A stretch of DNA of 48,484 bases from a bacterium. Its GTDB lineage: Bacteria > Zhuqueibacterota > Zhuqueibacteria > Residuimicrobiales > Krinioviventaceae. Shown in pieces: positions 37,498-46,967 of the stretch. The translations under genes were made by a program, and so were the position numbers. The first letter of the stretch is position 1, and every line of letters begins with the position of its first letter. A model generated the notes under the pieces. That model searched no databases. It was not told the DNA's origin and worked only from the letters and a program-made list of their open reading frames with translations. The DNA lies in NCBI GenBank assembly GCA_963674595.2, contig CAXXFV010000011.1, positions 1-48,484 on the forward strand. Direction: 5' to 3'.

Positions 37498-38877
37498 TTA
37501 TAAAGTCCAACCTTCACGATAAACCCGTTTTACGTAATCATTCGCTGCAACATTGTTGGTAACCTGCATATTTTCACCATCCCACAGCAATCTTTGATAA
37601 GGAAAACGAACAGCCAGATTTCCCATCAAAACCATTTCCGAAAGTGGGCCGGAATAATCAAAATTCGAACTGGCCGGGGTGCCGCCTTTACAGGCTTTGA
37701 CCCAATCCTGTTCATGTCCGTCTCTGCCTTCTGGAATGCGAGGTATTGTTTTTTCAGGTTTTTTATATTCTTTCATTTTCGTTTCAGGAATAAGGCGTGG
37801 GTTTTTTCCATAACATCCGCACATGAGTTTGCCTTTATCACCAATGAAAATAACACCGCCGTCACTATCTCCCATTTGTCGGCCTTCTTCAAGTTCTTCA
37901 GGACGGGGCGGCATCATTCCGCCGTCATACCAGTTTAGCTCAACAGGAGGATGGTTTTTACGGGCCGGGAATTTAAAACGTACAATGGTGGAACGTGGAA
38001 AGGTTTCATTTTTGGGTTCGGTTTTTTCCCAGAATTCATACCAATAAGCAGAAGTACATCCTTCGACATGTTCCGGATAGCCCAGGTCAAGCGCCCAGAA
38101 AACCGGATCAAGAATATGACAACCCAGGTCACCGAGTGAACCTGTTCCAAAATCACACCAGGCCCGCCATTTTCCCGGATGGTATGTCGGATGATAAGGA
38201 CGATAAGCCGCTGGTCCAATCCATTTGTCCCAATCCAACGTTTCGGGAATGGGTGGCGTTTCCGCAGGACGGTCAACTTCCACACCTTGGGGCCATACCG
38301 GGCGATTGGTCCAGGATTCTACTTTGTAAACCTTGCCGATTGCACCGTCTGCTATCCATTCTTTTATTAATCGAATTCCTTCCCCGGAATGCCCCTGGTT
38401 TCCCATTTGGGTTGCAACGTTGTATTTTCTGGCTGTTTCGGTGAGAACACGCGCTTCATAAACGGAATGCGTTAAAGGTTTTTGTACATAAACATGTTTC
38501 CCCAATTCCATAGCTGCTTTGGCTATGATGGCGTGATTGTGGTCGGGTGTTGCAACAATTACAGCATCAATATCTTTTTGCTTTTCCAGCATAACCCGAA
38601 AATCTTTATAAACTTTAGCATTAGGATACAATTCAAATGTAGGGGCGGCAAATACTTGGTCAATATCGCACAATGCAACAATATTTTCTGTTGTTGCGCA
38701 TCTTGATAAATTACCTTTTCCCATGCCCCCGACACCCACACCGGCTATGTTGAGCTTGTCACTGGGCGCTGTTTGATTTTGTCTGCCCAAAACATGACCT
38801 GGTATTATTGTAAACAACGACGTCGCTGCTACAGTGCCGATAAATTCTCTTCGGCTGGATTTTTTTGATTCAGACAT
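37498..38877 (-). CDS. Gfo/Idh/MocA family oxidoreductase with Tat signal
   Basis: SRREFI twin-arginine, IAGVGVGGMG, VATPDHNH, HVYVQKPL, TQMGNQG, GSLGDLGCHILD. Confidence 0.92.
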   Translation of the reverse strand: MSESKKSSRREFIGTVAATSLFTIIPGHVLGRQNQTAPSDKLNIAGVGVGGMGKGNLSRCATTENIVALCDIDQVFAAPTFELYPNAKVYKDFRVMLEKQKDIDAVIVATPDHNHAIIAKAAMELGKHVYVQKPLTHSVYEARVLTETARKYNVATQMGNQGHSGEGIRLIKEWIADGAIGKVYKVESWTNRPVWPQGVEVDRPAETPPIPETLDWDKWIGPAAYRPYHPTYHPGKWRAWCDFGTGSLGDLGCHILDPVFWALDLGYPEHVEGCTSAYWYEFWEKTEPKNETFPRSTIVRFKFPARKNHPPVELNWYDGGMMPPRPEELEEGRQMGDSDGGVIFIGDKGKLMCGCYGKNPRLIPETKMKEYKKPEKTIPRIPEGRDGHEQDWVKACKGGTPASSNFDYSGPLSEMVLMGNLAVRFPYQRLLWDGENMQVTNNVAANDYVKRVYREGWTL

Positions 38878-38922
38878 TTTTCCTCCTGCATGATTTGTTG
38901 GATCAATCGATCTTTTTTTATA

Positions 38923-40887
38923 TTATAACGGAATCATTATTTGAAATATACTCCCTTGATTGTTATGATATTCAATTGTTCCATCTATTTGTTCTGTTAA
39001 AATCTGAACGAGTTTCATACCGAGTGAAGAAGAATTGAAAATAATATCTTTGTCTTTAATTCCTTTACCATCATCCTGAATGGATAACAGATATTTGTTA
39101 TTGAGCTGGTTTTTGAGAATGATTTTAATAGCGCCTTTAGAACGTCCGATAAAGGCATGTTTTAACGCATTTGATAACAATTCATTAAGTATCAACCCAC
39201 AGGGAATTGCCGTATTTATTTCGAAATTAGCCGGCTCTAATTGATATTCGATGGAGATCTTTTTATCAATGTTATAAGAATTTATCAGCTCGTTTGACAG
39301 TATTTTTATATATTCGTGAAATTGAATTTTTGAAAAATCTTCCGATTGATACAATTTTTGATGGACCAGGGCAATGGAATGGACTCTGTTAATACTTTCT
39401 TCAAAAGCAGTTATAGCGTTTTGTTTTGTTGAAATGGTCCTTGCCTGCAGGCTGAGTAAACTGGATATAACATTCAGGTTGTTTTTTACCCGATGATGGA
39501 TCTCTTTGAGCAGAATTTCTTTTTCCTCTATGTTCTTGTGCAGGGTTTTTTCAAAATTCTTTCTATCCGTAATGTCCTTTACAAATTCTAAAATTTGTTC
39601 ATTGTTAAGATTAACAGCCGTAACAGCCCAGTATCTTTGCGATCCGTCTTTTTTTTGAACCAACAAGTCATCGTTAAAGTGTTTTACTTTTTTGATTTTG
39701 GCCAAATGTGTGCATATTTCTTTTTTATCTTCATGTACGATAAGGTCACAAACATTCATTTTCATTAATTCATATTTTGAATAACCTGATAACTCGCAGG
39801 CGGCTGGATTGACATCCGCATAATTACCACTTAAATCCATTACAAAAACGCCATCCGGGGCATTGTTAATATAATGACGGAATTTTTTATCGATATCAAT
39901 TAAATCCTGTTCTGCTTTTAAGCGTCTTTTCCCCTCTCTGAGATGTAGGTATGATTTTAAAATATAGGCAAGTAAGAATATACTGGTGATAAATAAAAAC
40001 AACAAGAGCATGACAAGTTTGTTTTTAAATGCACTCATTGTATTTAAAATTTCTTTTTCCGGGGTGGCAATAATTATGGACCAGAATGTATTTTGTAACT
40101 CTATTGGATAATAAACGGCATGTTTTTTTATACGGTTAACTTTTTGTTCTTTTATGCTGTCGAAATAATATATTCCGGCACCCTGCTGATGGTGCAGCAT
40201 TTTATCAACAAGTTCGAGAACTGTCGGGAAATCCCCGCACGTTTCATACACACTTCTTCCTGTGTGTCCGGGTACGGGGCAATATAGTTCTATAGCATTT
40301 TCACTGATGACCCATGCATATCCGTTTTTCAGGATTTTTATGTTTTCAAAAAATTGTTTGGCAATCTTTTTAAAGTCAAAGGTTAAGGCCAGCGATCCGG
40401 TAAACGTTTTACCGTCAAAAACCGGAACATGATAAGCCACTGTTTGATAGCCCTGGACCGACATAAAAACATCACTAATAATCGGTTTTCTATTCTTTAA
40501 AATCGTTACAACATGCTTTTGATAGGAAATATCTTTATTGACGGCATTTTTATTATAAGGTGCTGTGAATATAATTCGTCCGGTACTGTCAACGCGTGTA
40601 ACAGACTTTATGTTAATATTATGATTATTATAATAGGTAGCCAGTTTTTCTCTGCCGGCTCTATCCATACGGCTAACGGATTTTAATCCCGCCAGATAAT
40701 TCAATTCGTTTATATAGTGTTCAAAAAACGACTGGATGCCCTTGGCAGATTGTTGGGCCACTAACATTTGTTGTCTGTTAAAATCTGAAATAACTTTGTT
40801 TTTGACCTCTGTATAAGTAGCATAAGATAATATTAAAAAAACCAGAATAAACAAGGGAGGTAATATATAGTAATAATGTTTTTTCAA
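38923..40887 (-). CDS. Membrane sensor histidine kinase (Cache-PAS-HisKA_2-HATPase)
   Basis: Two TM helices flanking a Cache-like periplasmic domain, PAS NPAACELSGYS, EIHHRVKNNL, NELLSNALKHAF, DDGKG, SLGMKL. Confidence 0.9.
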   Translation of the reverse strand: MKKHYYYILPPLFILVFLILSYATYTEVKNKVISDFNRQQMLVAQQSAKGIQSFFEHYINELNYLAGLKSVSRMDRAGREKLATYYNNHNINIKSVTRVDSTGRIIFTAPYNKNAVNKDISYQKHVVTILKNRKPIISDVFMSVQGYQTVAYHVPVFDGKTFTGSLALTFDFKKIAKQFFENIKILKNGYAWVISENAIELYCPVPGHTGRSVYETCGDFPTVLELVDKMLHHQQGAGIYYFDSIKEQKVNRIKKHAVYYPIELQNTFWSIIIATPEKEILNTMSAFKNKLVMLLLFLFITSIFLLAYILKSYLHLREGKRRLKAEQDLIDIDKKFRHYINNAPDGVFVMDLSGNYADVNPAACELSGYSKYELMKMNVCDLIVHEDKKEICTHLAKIKKVKHFNDDLLVQKKDGSQRYWAVTAVNLNNEQILEFVKDITDRKNFEKTLHKNIEEKEILLKEIHHRVKNNLNVISSLLSLQARTISTKQNAITAFEESINRVHSIALVHQKLYQSEDFSKIQFHEYIKILSNELINSYNIDKKISIEYQLEPANFEINTAIPCGLILNELLSNALKHAFIGRSKGAIKIILKNQLNNKYLLSIQDDGKGIKDKDIIFNSSSLGMKLVQILTEQIDGTIEYHNNQGSIFQIMIPL

Positions 40888-41103
40888 ATTTTCCTCTGAT
40901 AATAGGGGCTTAAATATTAAATTTTGTAAAAGATAAAAATTATATTTTCAATAAGCAAATTGTTAAAAATTAAAAAAAGAAATTTTCATGTTTGTCAATA
41001 GCATATTAGTATGAAGCGCCGTTTTATTTCATTAATTGCTTTACTATTTATTATTTTGTACATTAAAAATTAATTCACCATTTTATATTATGAGGTAGAT
41101 CTA

Positions 41104-42075
41104 ATGAAACAAAAAATTTCTGTTTTCTTCCTGCTCTTTGCATTTCAGGTTTTTGCACAGAGTCTTCAACCTTTATATGTTGTTTGTGTTGATAATTCAG
41201 GAGGAGCCGGTGGTTTATATCAATATAAGAATGACACCACCTGGGTCCAGTCTGCATGGAAAAATGGCCGCTTTAACGGGATTTCTGTTAATACACAAAA
41301 TTCATCCGAAATTTTTTTAGCAGCCGGTCATGGCGCTATGAGGTCATTGGATGGCGGCAAACACTGGAAAGTAACAACCGATTGGCACGTTACCGAAGTT
41401 CAGGACGTTGCCATTCATCCTCTCAATCCTTCTCATGTGTTGATTTCAACCGCCTACGGGATCTGGCAGTCTTTGGACAAAGGTGACACCTGGAAAGCTG
41501 TTAATCAGGATTTTCCTTTTCCGCCCTATAGTTACAGAGTTGAAGCTGACCGTGATGTTAACGATCGTTTTATTGCCGCAAATGAAAAAGGTTTGTTTAT
41601 TACCGAAAATGCCGGAAACACATGGAAACAAGTCCCAACCATCGATTATCCTGTGACAAATGTAAAACAAAATGTTAAACATAAAAACATCTGGATTGCC
41701 AGTACCCTGGGAAAAAGTTTGCTATATACTGAAAATAACGGTAAAACCTGGAGCACATTAAACGGTCTTGAGGATATTTCGCTTTTTACGGCTGATGTTT
41801 GTTATTATAATCCGGATATCCTGGTAGCCACCGGTTATAAAACCGGATTGTATGTCTCTGTAGACAAAGGTAAAACATGGGCGCAAAAAACAGAGGGCCT
41901 GCCTACCGGAACGATTCAGGCACTGGCATTCGATCTTGATAAAAAGGGCCGTATATGGGTTGGAACAATCGGTTACGGCGTTTACTATACCGATGATTTG
42001 GGTGATAATTGGACCTATGCGGGTCTTGCTCCTGCAAAAATTGGTGACTTATGTTTTTGGGAGGGTTTATTATGA
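41104..42075 (+). CDS. Secreted BNR/Asp-box beta-propeller protein
   Basis: Signal peptide and repeated Asp-boxes (SLDGGKHW, SLDKGDTW, TENAGNTW, TENNGKTW, SVDKGKTW, TDDLGDNW). Confidence 0.8.
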   Translation: MKQKISVFFLLFAFQVFAQSLQPLYVVCVDNSGGAGGLYQYKNDTTWVQSAWKNGRFNGISVNTQNSSEIFLAAGHGAMRSLDGGKHWKVTTDWHVTEVQDVAIHPLNPSHVLISTAYGIWQSLDKGDTWKAVNQDFPFPPYSYRVEADRDVNDRFIAANEKGLFITENAGNTWKQVPTIDYPVTNVKQNVKHKNIWIASTLGKSLLYTENNGKTWSTLNGLEDISLFTADVCYYNPDILVATGYKTGLYVSVDKGKTWAQKTEGLPTGTIQALAFDLDKKGRIWVGTIGYGVYYTDDLGDNWTYAGLAPAKIGDLCFWEGLL

Positions 42076-43895
42076 AATATATTGCAAACATTTTAATGCT
42101 TTTGTTTGTTGTCCTTTCCTGTACCTCCCCAAAGAATACGGATAAAGCTCAGCAAACAACAGAAAACGTTCAGCAGCAAAAATTACTGACTTCTGATTAT
42201 TATAAAGGTTATCAATCACGTTGTGACGAACTGATTAATCTTTATGCTTTTGAAAGAAAGGGATTTTTCTCAATTGCCGCTCGTTTTTATACCGGTAAAG
42301 ATGTCAAACAGGCATTAAAAGATTTGGAACAGTTGATTGAGAATCCAAGCGGTGATATGTTTTGGGTACATCAGTTTATAATTGTGCAGTATTTTGGTAA
42401 AGACTATATACCAAAAGATTTGCAAAAAAAGTTGCGTGATGTATGGCGCACTTATACACCGAATCGTGGAGATACTGAAAACCACTGGGCCATGACGTAT
42501 ATGAGTTATTATCTCATCACCCAATTGTATCCTGATGACCCGGGTGAAACCTGGTTTAATGGTCGTTCTTCCCAGGAAATTCATAATGAAGCAAAAGAAT
42601 ACCTGTATGATTGGATGCGCATTACCACATCTATCGGACAAGGTGAGTTTGATTCTCCCAATTATATCGGCTGTTTTGTTTCGCCGATGGCCATGCTTTA
42701 TGCTTTTGCTGAAGACGAAGAAATGAAACAAAAAGCCGGTATGATGCTTGATTATCTTTTAGCGGATTTTGCCGCCGAGTCACTTGATGGATTTTATGGC
42801 GGTGCCCACAGCCGCATTTATCCTCCCCAGGCATTTAATGGCTGGCTCAGCGATTCTGCCGGATTTTCCTGGCTGCTGTTTGGTAATACGGAAAAGAGAC
42901 TGGTGCACTGGGCCTGTACGCTGGCTATGAGCGGGTACCGTCCACCTGAAATTCTTTATCACATTGCAACAGACCGTTCCCAGCCCTATGTTCACAAAGA
43001 ATACAAAAGAACACGTCACCGCATTCGCAACAGCGATGTAAAAAATGCCCCGGTTTATAAATATACTTATATGCGCAATGAATATGTTCTTGGTTCGCTT
43101 CAGGGTGGATTGTTGCAGCCTATTCAACAGCATTCCTGGGACATTACCTGGGCCATTGATAAACCCAGCGACGGCAAGAATACGATCTTTTGTAATCATC
43201 CCTATGTTGCCGGGTTTGAGCTGTCCATGTATTTTCCGGAACATAAAGATTTGCTGGTGGAATATATCATTTCCGGTCCGGTTGCCAAAAAATCATATAA
43301 TCAACCCGCCAAAAGGACCGGCGCCTCTCCATTTGAACAAATTGTTCAGCACAAGGATGCTTTGATTGCGTTATATGATATACCGGAAGGAACGCATTAC
43401 GAACATATCAATGCTTTCTTTCCCAAAAATCTGGAAACAAGGGAAATCGATGAATCAGGCTGGATCTTTTGTCGCGGTGGCGATGCCTGGATGGCTTATT
43501 ATCCGTTACAAAAATATGAATGGTTTGATGATGATGGTTTTTGGCGTATGGAAAGTCATTACCGCCAAAACGGCGCTGTTTTTCAGGCAGCACCGGCTTC
43601 AAGCTATGCTTCAATGGATGAGTTTAAAAAAGCAGTTTTGGCTTGTGCGCTTGAAACAAAAGTCGATCCCAAGCCAGGTGTTAATTTTACATCCCTGGAT
43701 GGAACGGAAATGTCCTTTACCTATGATCAGGTTCCATTAATCAACAACAAACCTGTTGATTATGAACATTGGAAACTGTATGAAGGACCATTTTTAAACG
43801 CAGATCGTAACAGTCATCTGTTGAATATGAGTTATGGTAATATGCACCGTAAACTTGATTTTAACACGAATACGGTTACCAACTGGATTGATTAA
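42072..43895 (+). CDS. Hypothetical lipoprotein (possible glycan-active helical-toroid enzyme)
   Basis: Lipobox VLSC; motifs TENH, EFDSPNY, HSRIY; ATGA overlap with the upstream gene. Confidence 0.65.
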   Translation: MKYIANILMLLFVVLSCTSPKNTDKAQQTTENVQQQKLLTSDYYKGYQSRCDELINLYAFERKGFFSIAARFYTGKDVKQALKDLEQLIENPSGDMFWVHQFIIVQYFGKDYIPKDLQKKLRDVWRTYTPNRGDTENHWAMTYMSYYLITQLYPDDPGETWFNGRSSQEIHNEAKEYLYDWMRITTSIGQGEFDSPNYIGCFVSPMAMLYAFAEDEEMKQKAGMMLDYLLADFAAESLDGFYGGAHSRIYPPQAFNGWLSDSAGFSWLLFGNTEKRLVHWACTLAMSGYRPPEILYHIATDRSQPYVHKEYKRTRHRIRNSDVKNAPVYKYTYMRNEYVLGSLQGGLLQPIQQHSWDITWAIDKPSDGKNTIFCNHPYVAGFELSMYFPEHKDLLVEYIISGPVAKKSYNQPAKRTGASPFEQIVQHKDALIALYDIPEGTHYEHINAFFPKNLETREIDESGWIFCRGGDAWMAYYPLQKYEWFDDDGFWRMESHYRQNGAVFQAAPASSYASMDEFKKAVLACALETKVDPKPGVNFTSLDGTEMSFTYDQVPLINNKPVDYEHWKLYEGPFLNADRNSHLLNMSYGNMHRKLDFNTNTVTNWID

Positions 43896-43899
43896 AATT

Positions 43900-43934
43900 G
43901 AGGCTGCCTGTTTTCAGGCAGCCTTTGTTTTTTT
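43900..43934 (+). terminator. Intrinsic terminator
   Basis: aggctgcctg-tttt-caggcagcct followed by a T run. Confidence 0.85.
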
Positions 43935-44038
43935 ATAAAAAGATGATTGTAAAAATCGATATTTTTTCATTTTTTGATATTATATAAATTTTGTGATAAT
44001 TCGTTAATCAATATATATTTTAAAATGTTGAGGGAGAC

Positions 44039-45226
44039 ATGAAAAATAATATTGTTACACTCGTTTTGCTTTTAGCAGGAATTGTCTATGCTCAAAATGC
44101 AATCCAAATCGACGGCCAGTTTACAGACTGGGAAAATCTGCCGGTCCTGATGACAGACCCCGCCAATGATGTTCATGATACCGAATCACGCCTGAACGGA
44201 ATTCCCGCACCTGAACCCTTGAATTACAGCGACGTGGATATTCTGGAAGTAAAATTTACCCACGATGCTGAAAATTTGTATGCCTATGTTAAAGCAACCG
44301 GCATTGTCGGACGAACGTCCAGTGAAGCGGACGGTTATAAGGCCGGGCGTTATTATTATATCATCACCATTGATGTTGATAATAATGATGTCACCGGGTA
44401 TCCTCTGGAAGAAGGCGGTTACTGGCCGAACAGTATCGGTTACGATATGAACATGGAAATTGAGTTTTATAACGGCACTTTTAATACCGGTCATTATTTG
44501 CATCACGGTTACATGAGTGAACAGGAACTACCCGCCGGTTTGGCGGATTTGGAAAATCATATCATCCGTCTTGCGCCTGCAAATTACGATGATTACCTGC
44601 AATGGGTCCTTTTCCCGGATTCCAGTTATGTACTTGTCAGCGACAAGGGTCCGGTGTATCAGGGTATTATAACAGTTGCCGTATCTGAAGATGGTCATGA
44701 AGCCGAGATGATGGCGCCCATGTGGGGATTTTTTAACGATGAAAACGGGGACCCGATTATTGCCCTGGGTGATACGCTGGATATTTCCTTTTCTCTTGAA
44801 GGAAGCGGAGAATTGTCCGAGTCGGCACAGGCTTTGGGCTATAACGGACTAAAGTCTTTGTGGGGTTCGGATACGGCCGATCCTATAGTGGGTTATGTTT
44901 TAACAAATCCGGAAACCCGTGTTTTGGCTGATAATTTAAAACCTGCCGCAACATTTCAACTGAATAATAATTATCCCAATCCTTTCAACTCACAGACGGT
45001 TATTTCCTATTCGATTTTTTCAGATTCACAGGTAAAACTGGCTGTTTTTGATATTCAGGGACGTTTGGTAAAGAGTGTAAAAAATGAGTTTCACTCTCCG
45101 GGCGCTTATACAGCCCTATGGGATGGTTTGAATGAACAAAATTATTCTGTTTCCAGCGGTGTGTATATGGCTGTTTTAACAACCGAAAACAACAGGGCTG
45201 TAAAACGAATGATCATGTTAAAATAA
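44039..45226 (+). CDS. Secreted protein with C-terminal FlgD-Ig / T9SS-type sorting domain
   Basis: Signal peptide, IQIDGQFTDW...DPAND acidic beta-sandwich, NYPNPFN...IFDIQGRLVK...WDG...VSSGVY...KRMIMLK. Confidence 0.78.
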   Translation: MKNNIVTLVLLLAGIVYAQNAIQIDGQFTDWENLPVLMTDPANDVHDTESRLNGIPAPEPLNYSDVDILEVKFTHDAENLYAYVKATGIVGRTSSEADGYKAGRYYYIITIDVDNNDVTGYPLEEGGYWPNSIGYDMNMEIEFYNGTFNTGHYLHHGYMSEQELPAGLADLENHIIRLAPANYDDYLQWVLFPDSSYVLVSDKGPVYQGIITVAVSEDGHEAEMMAPMWGFFNDENGDPIIALGDTLDISFSLEGSGELSESAQALGYNGLKSLWGSDTADPIVGYVLTNPETRVLADNLKPAATFQLNNNYPNPFNSQTVISYSIFSDSQVKLAVFDIQGRLVKSVKNEFHSPGAYTALWDGLNEQNYSVSSGVYMAVLTTENNRAVKRMIMLK

Positions 45227-45239
45227 GCAGTTTCGTAAT

Positions 45240-46967
45240 TTAACCTTGTATTTCATCTGCTATCTGGTTTTTCAGGATGTTATACATTTGTGAATACAAC
45301 TTGTTGTTTGCGAGCTGTTTTCGGGTACCCTGTTCTGCAATGGTTCCGTTATACAAAACATAGATCTCAGAATTTGACGGCAAAAGCCATAGTTGATGTG
45401 TGATAACAATTATGGCTTTTTCTTTTGCCAGTTGTTCAATGTTTTTAAAAAAAGTTTCGGCTGTTTTATTGTCCAGATTCGCGGTTGGTTCATCAAACAC
45501 AATAACGGGTGTATTTTTAAGAATAGCCCGTGCCAGCACCAGTCTTTGTTTTTCGCCGCCGCTTAAGCGATAACCCTTCTCACCCAGCCAGGTATCATAT
45601 CCTTGCGGCAGATTCATAATTGTGTTATGAATACAGGCGGCTATACAGGCTTTAATAATTTCCTGCTGTGTCGCTTCCGGCATGATGATTTTAAAATTAT
45701 CATTTACTGTCCCGTTAAAGAGGACGGTTTGTTGTGAGGCAAACGAAATTTTTTCTGCCAGTTGTTTACGGGAAATGCTATTTATAGAATTTTCTCCGAT
45801 CTTAATCTCACCGCTGTCGGCTTTATAAAGATGCAGTAACAGGTTTGTCAATGTTGTTTTCCCGGACCCGCTGGGACCGATAATGGCGCACAGTCCTTTT
45901 TCCGGAAATTGCAAATTGATGTTTTTCAGGACCGGTTCATTTTCATGATAGGAAAATGTTACGCTTTCAAAAGAAACCGGACCGGATATGTCTTTTAAGG
46001 TTTTTAAAGATTCGGTGACCGGCGGCTTTTGATCCGTAATTTCGGTTATTCGCTGCATGGCCGTTTTCGAACTTTGCAGGTATTGGGCCGCCTGAGGGAG
46101 AGGGGCAATCGCTTCAAACGCGGCCATGGTTCCCATAACCAAAACGGTGAGACTGACGCCGTCCAGTAGGGTAGCATGGACCTGCGGAATGGCAACGTAT
46201 AGAACAGTAAAAACCGCACCGTTCATGAGAAAAGTTAATAGACTGTCATTTAACGCTGTTATGGAATTCATTTTTCGTTTCAGAAGAACAAGCTGCCGGT
46301 TTTGTTCCGTCACCTTTGTAAAATATTCTTCAGCCCTGTTAAAAACGGCCAGATCCGCGAATCCATGCAAAACATCCAGTGTCTGTTCAGACAAACGACT
46401 GTTAACTTTGATGATTTTGTCTCCTGTTTTCTGACTAGTATAATGAGAAAACAAAGGCAGACCAATTCCTCCGGCGATGAAAAAAAGCGTCAAAATAAGC
46501 GGAAAAATCCAGTTAAAAATACCAAACAAAAACCACATTAAAAGGGTAATGAAAACAGCCGTCATCGGTGGTGATATGGCTTTAATGTAAAACTGTTCCA
46601 GATGTTCAATGTCCCCGATAACCCGGGCCAGCAAATCCCCGCTTTTTTTATTTTTAAAATGTTCCGGCGCCAGGGGTTCGATTTGTTGATAAAACCACGT
46701 CCGCCAGGATGCAAGAATATGAAAGGTCGCTTCATGGGAAACGAGCCGTTCAACATAACGCAGCAATCCGCGGGCAATCCCGAAAAAACGCACACCGACA
46801 ATGGCAACAGACAATTCGGCGATAAAAGGGTGCAGCGCTGCTTTGGCAATAATATATCCGGACGCCATAAGCAAACCGATGCTGCCGGCAATTGTAAGAA
46901 ATCCTGCCAGGGAGGCAAGTAGAAACCATTTTTTATAGGGTAATATTTTTTCGAAATTTTTAAACAT
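45240..46967 (-). CDS. cydC: Heme/thiol ABC exporter subunit CydC
   Basis: GLLMASGYIIAKAA, VGVRFFGIARGLLRYVERLVSHEATF, GDLLAR, GPSGSGKT, LSGGEKQRL. Confidence 0.92.
   Translation of the reverse strand: MFKNFEKILPYKKWFLLASLAGFLTIAGSIGLLMASGYIIAKAALHPFIAELSVAIVGVRFFGIARGLLRYVERLVSHEATFHILASWRTWFYQQIEPLAPEHFKNKKSGDLLARVIGDIEHLEQFYIKAISPPMTAVFITLLMWFLFGIFNWIFPLILTLFFIAGGIGLPLFSHYTSQKTGDKIIKVNSRLSEQTLDVLHGFADLAVFNRAEEYFTKVTEQNRQLVLLKRKMNSITALNDSLLTFLMNGAVFTVLYVAIPQVHATLLDGVSLTVLVMGTMAAFEAIAPLPQAAQYLQSSKTAMQRITEITDQKPPVTESLKTLKDISGPVSFESVTFSYHENEPVLKNINLQFPEKGLCAIIGPSGSGKTTLTNLLLHLYKADSGEIKIGENSINSISRKQLAEKISFASQQTVLFNGTVNDNFKIIMPEATQQEIIKACIAACIHNTIMNLPQGYDTWLGEKGYRLSGGEKQRLVLARAILKNTPVIVFDEPTANLDNKTAETFFKNIEQLAKEKAIIVITHQLWLLPSNSEIYVLYNGTIAEQGTRKQLANNKLYSQMYNILKNQIADEIQG

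Noticed and set aside
37344-37562. 72-aa plus-strand ORF
   Set aside because: It runs across a promoter and a terminator hairpin and overlaps a real gene antisense.
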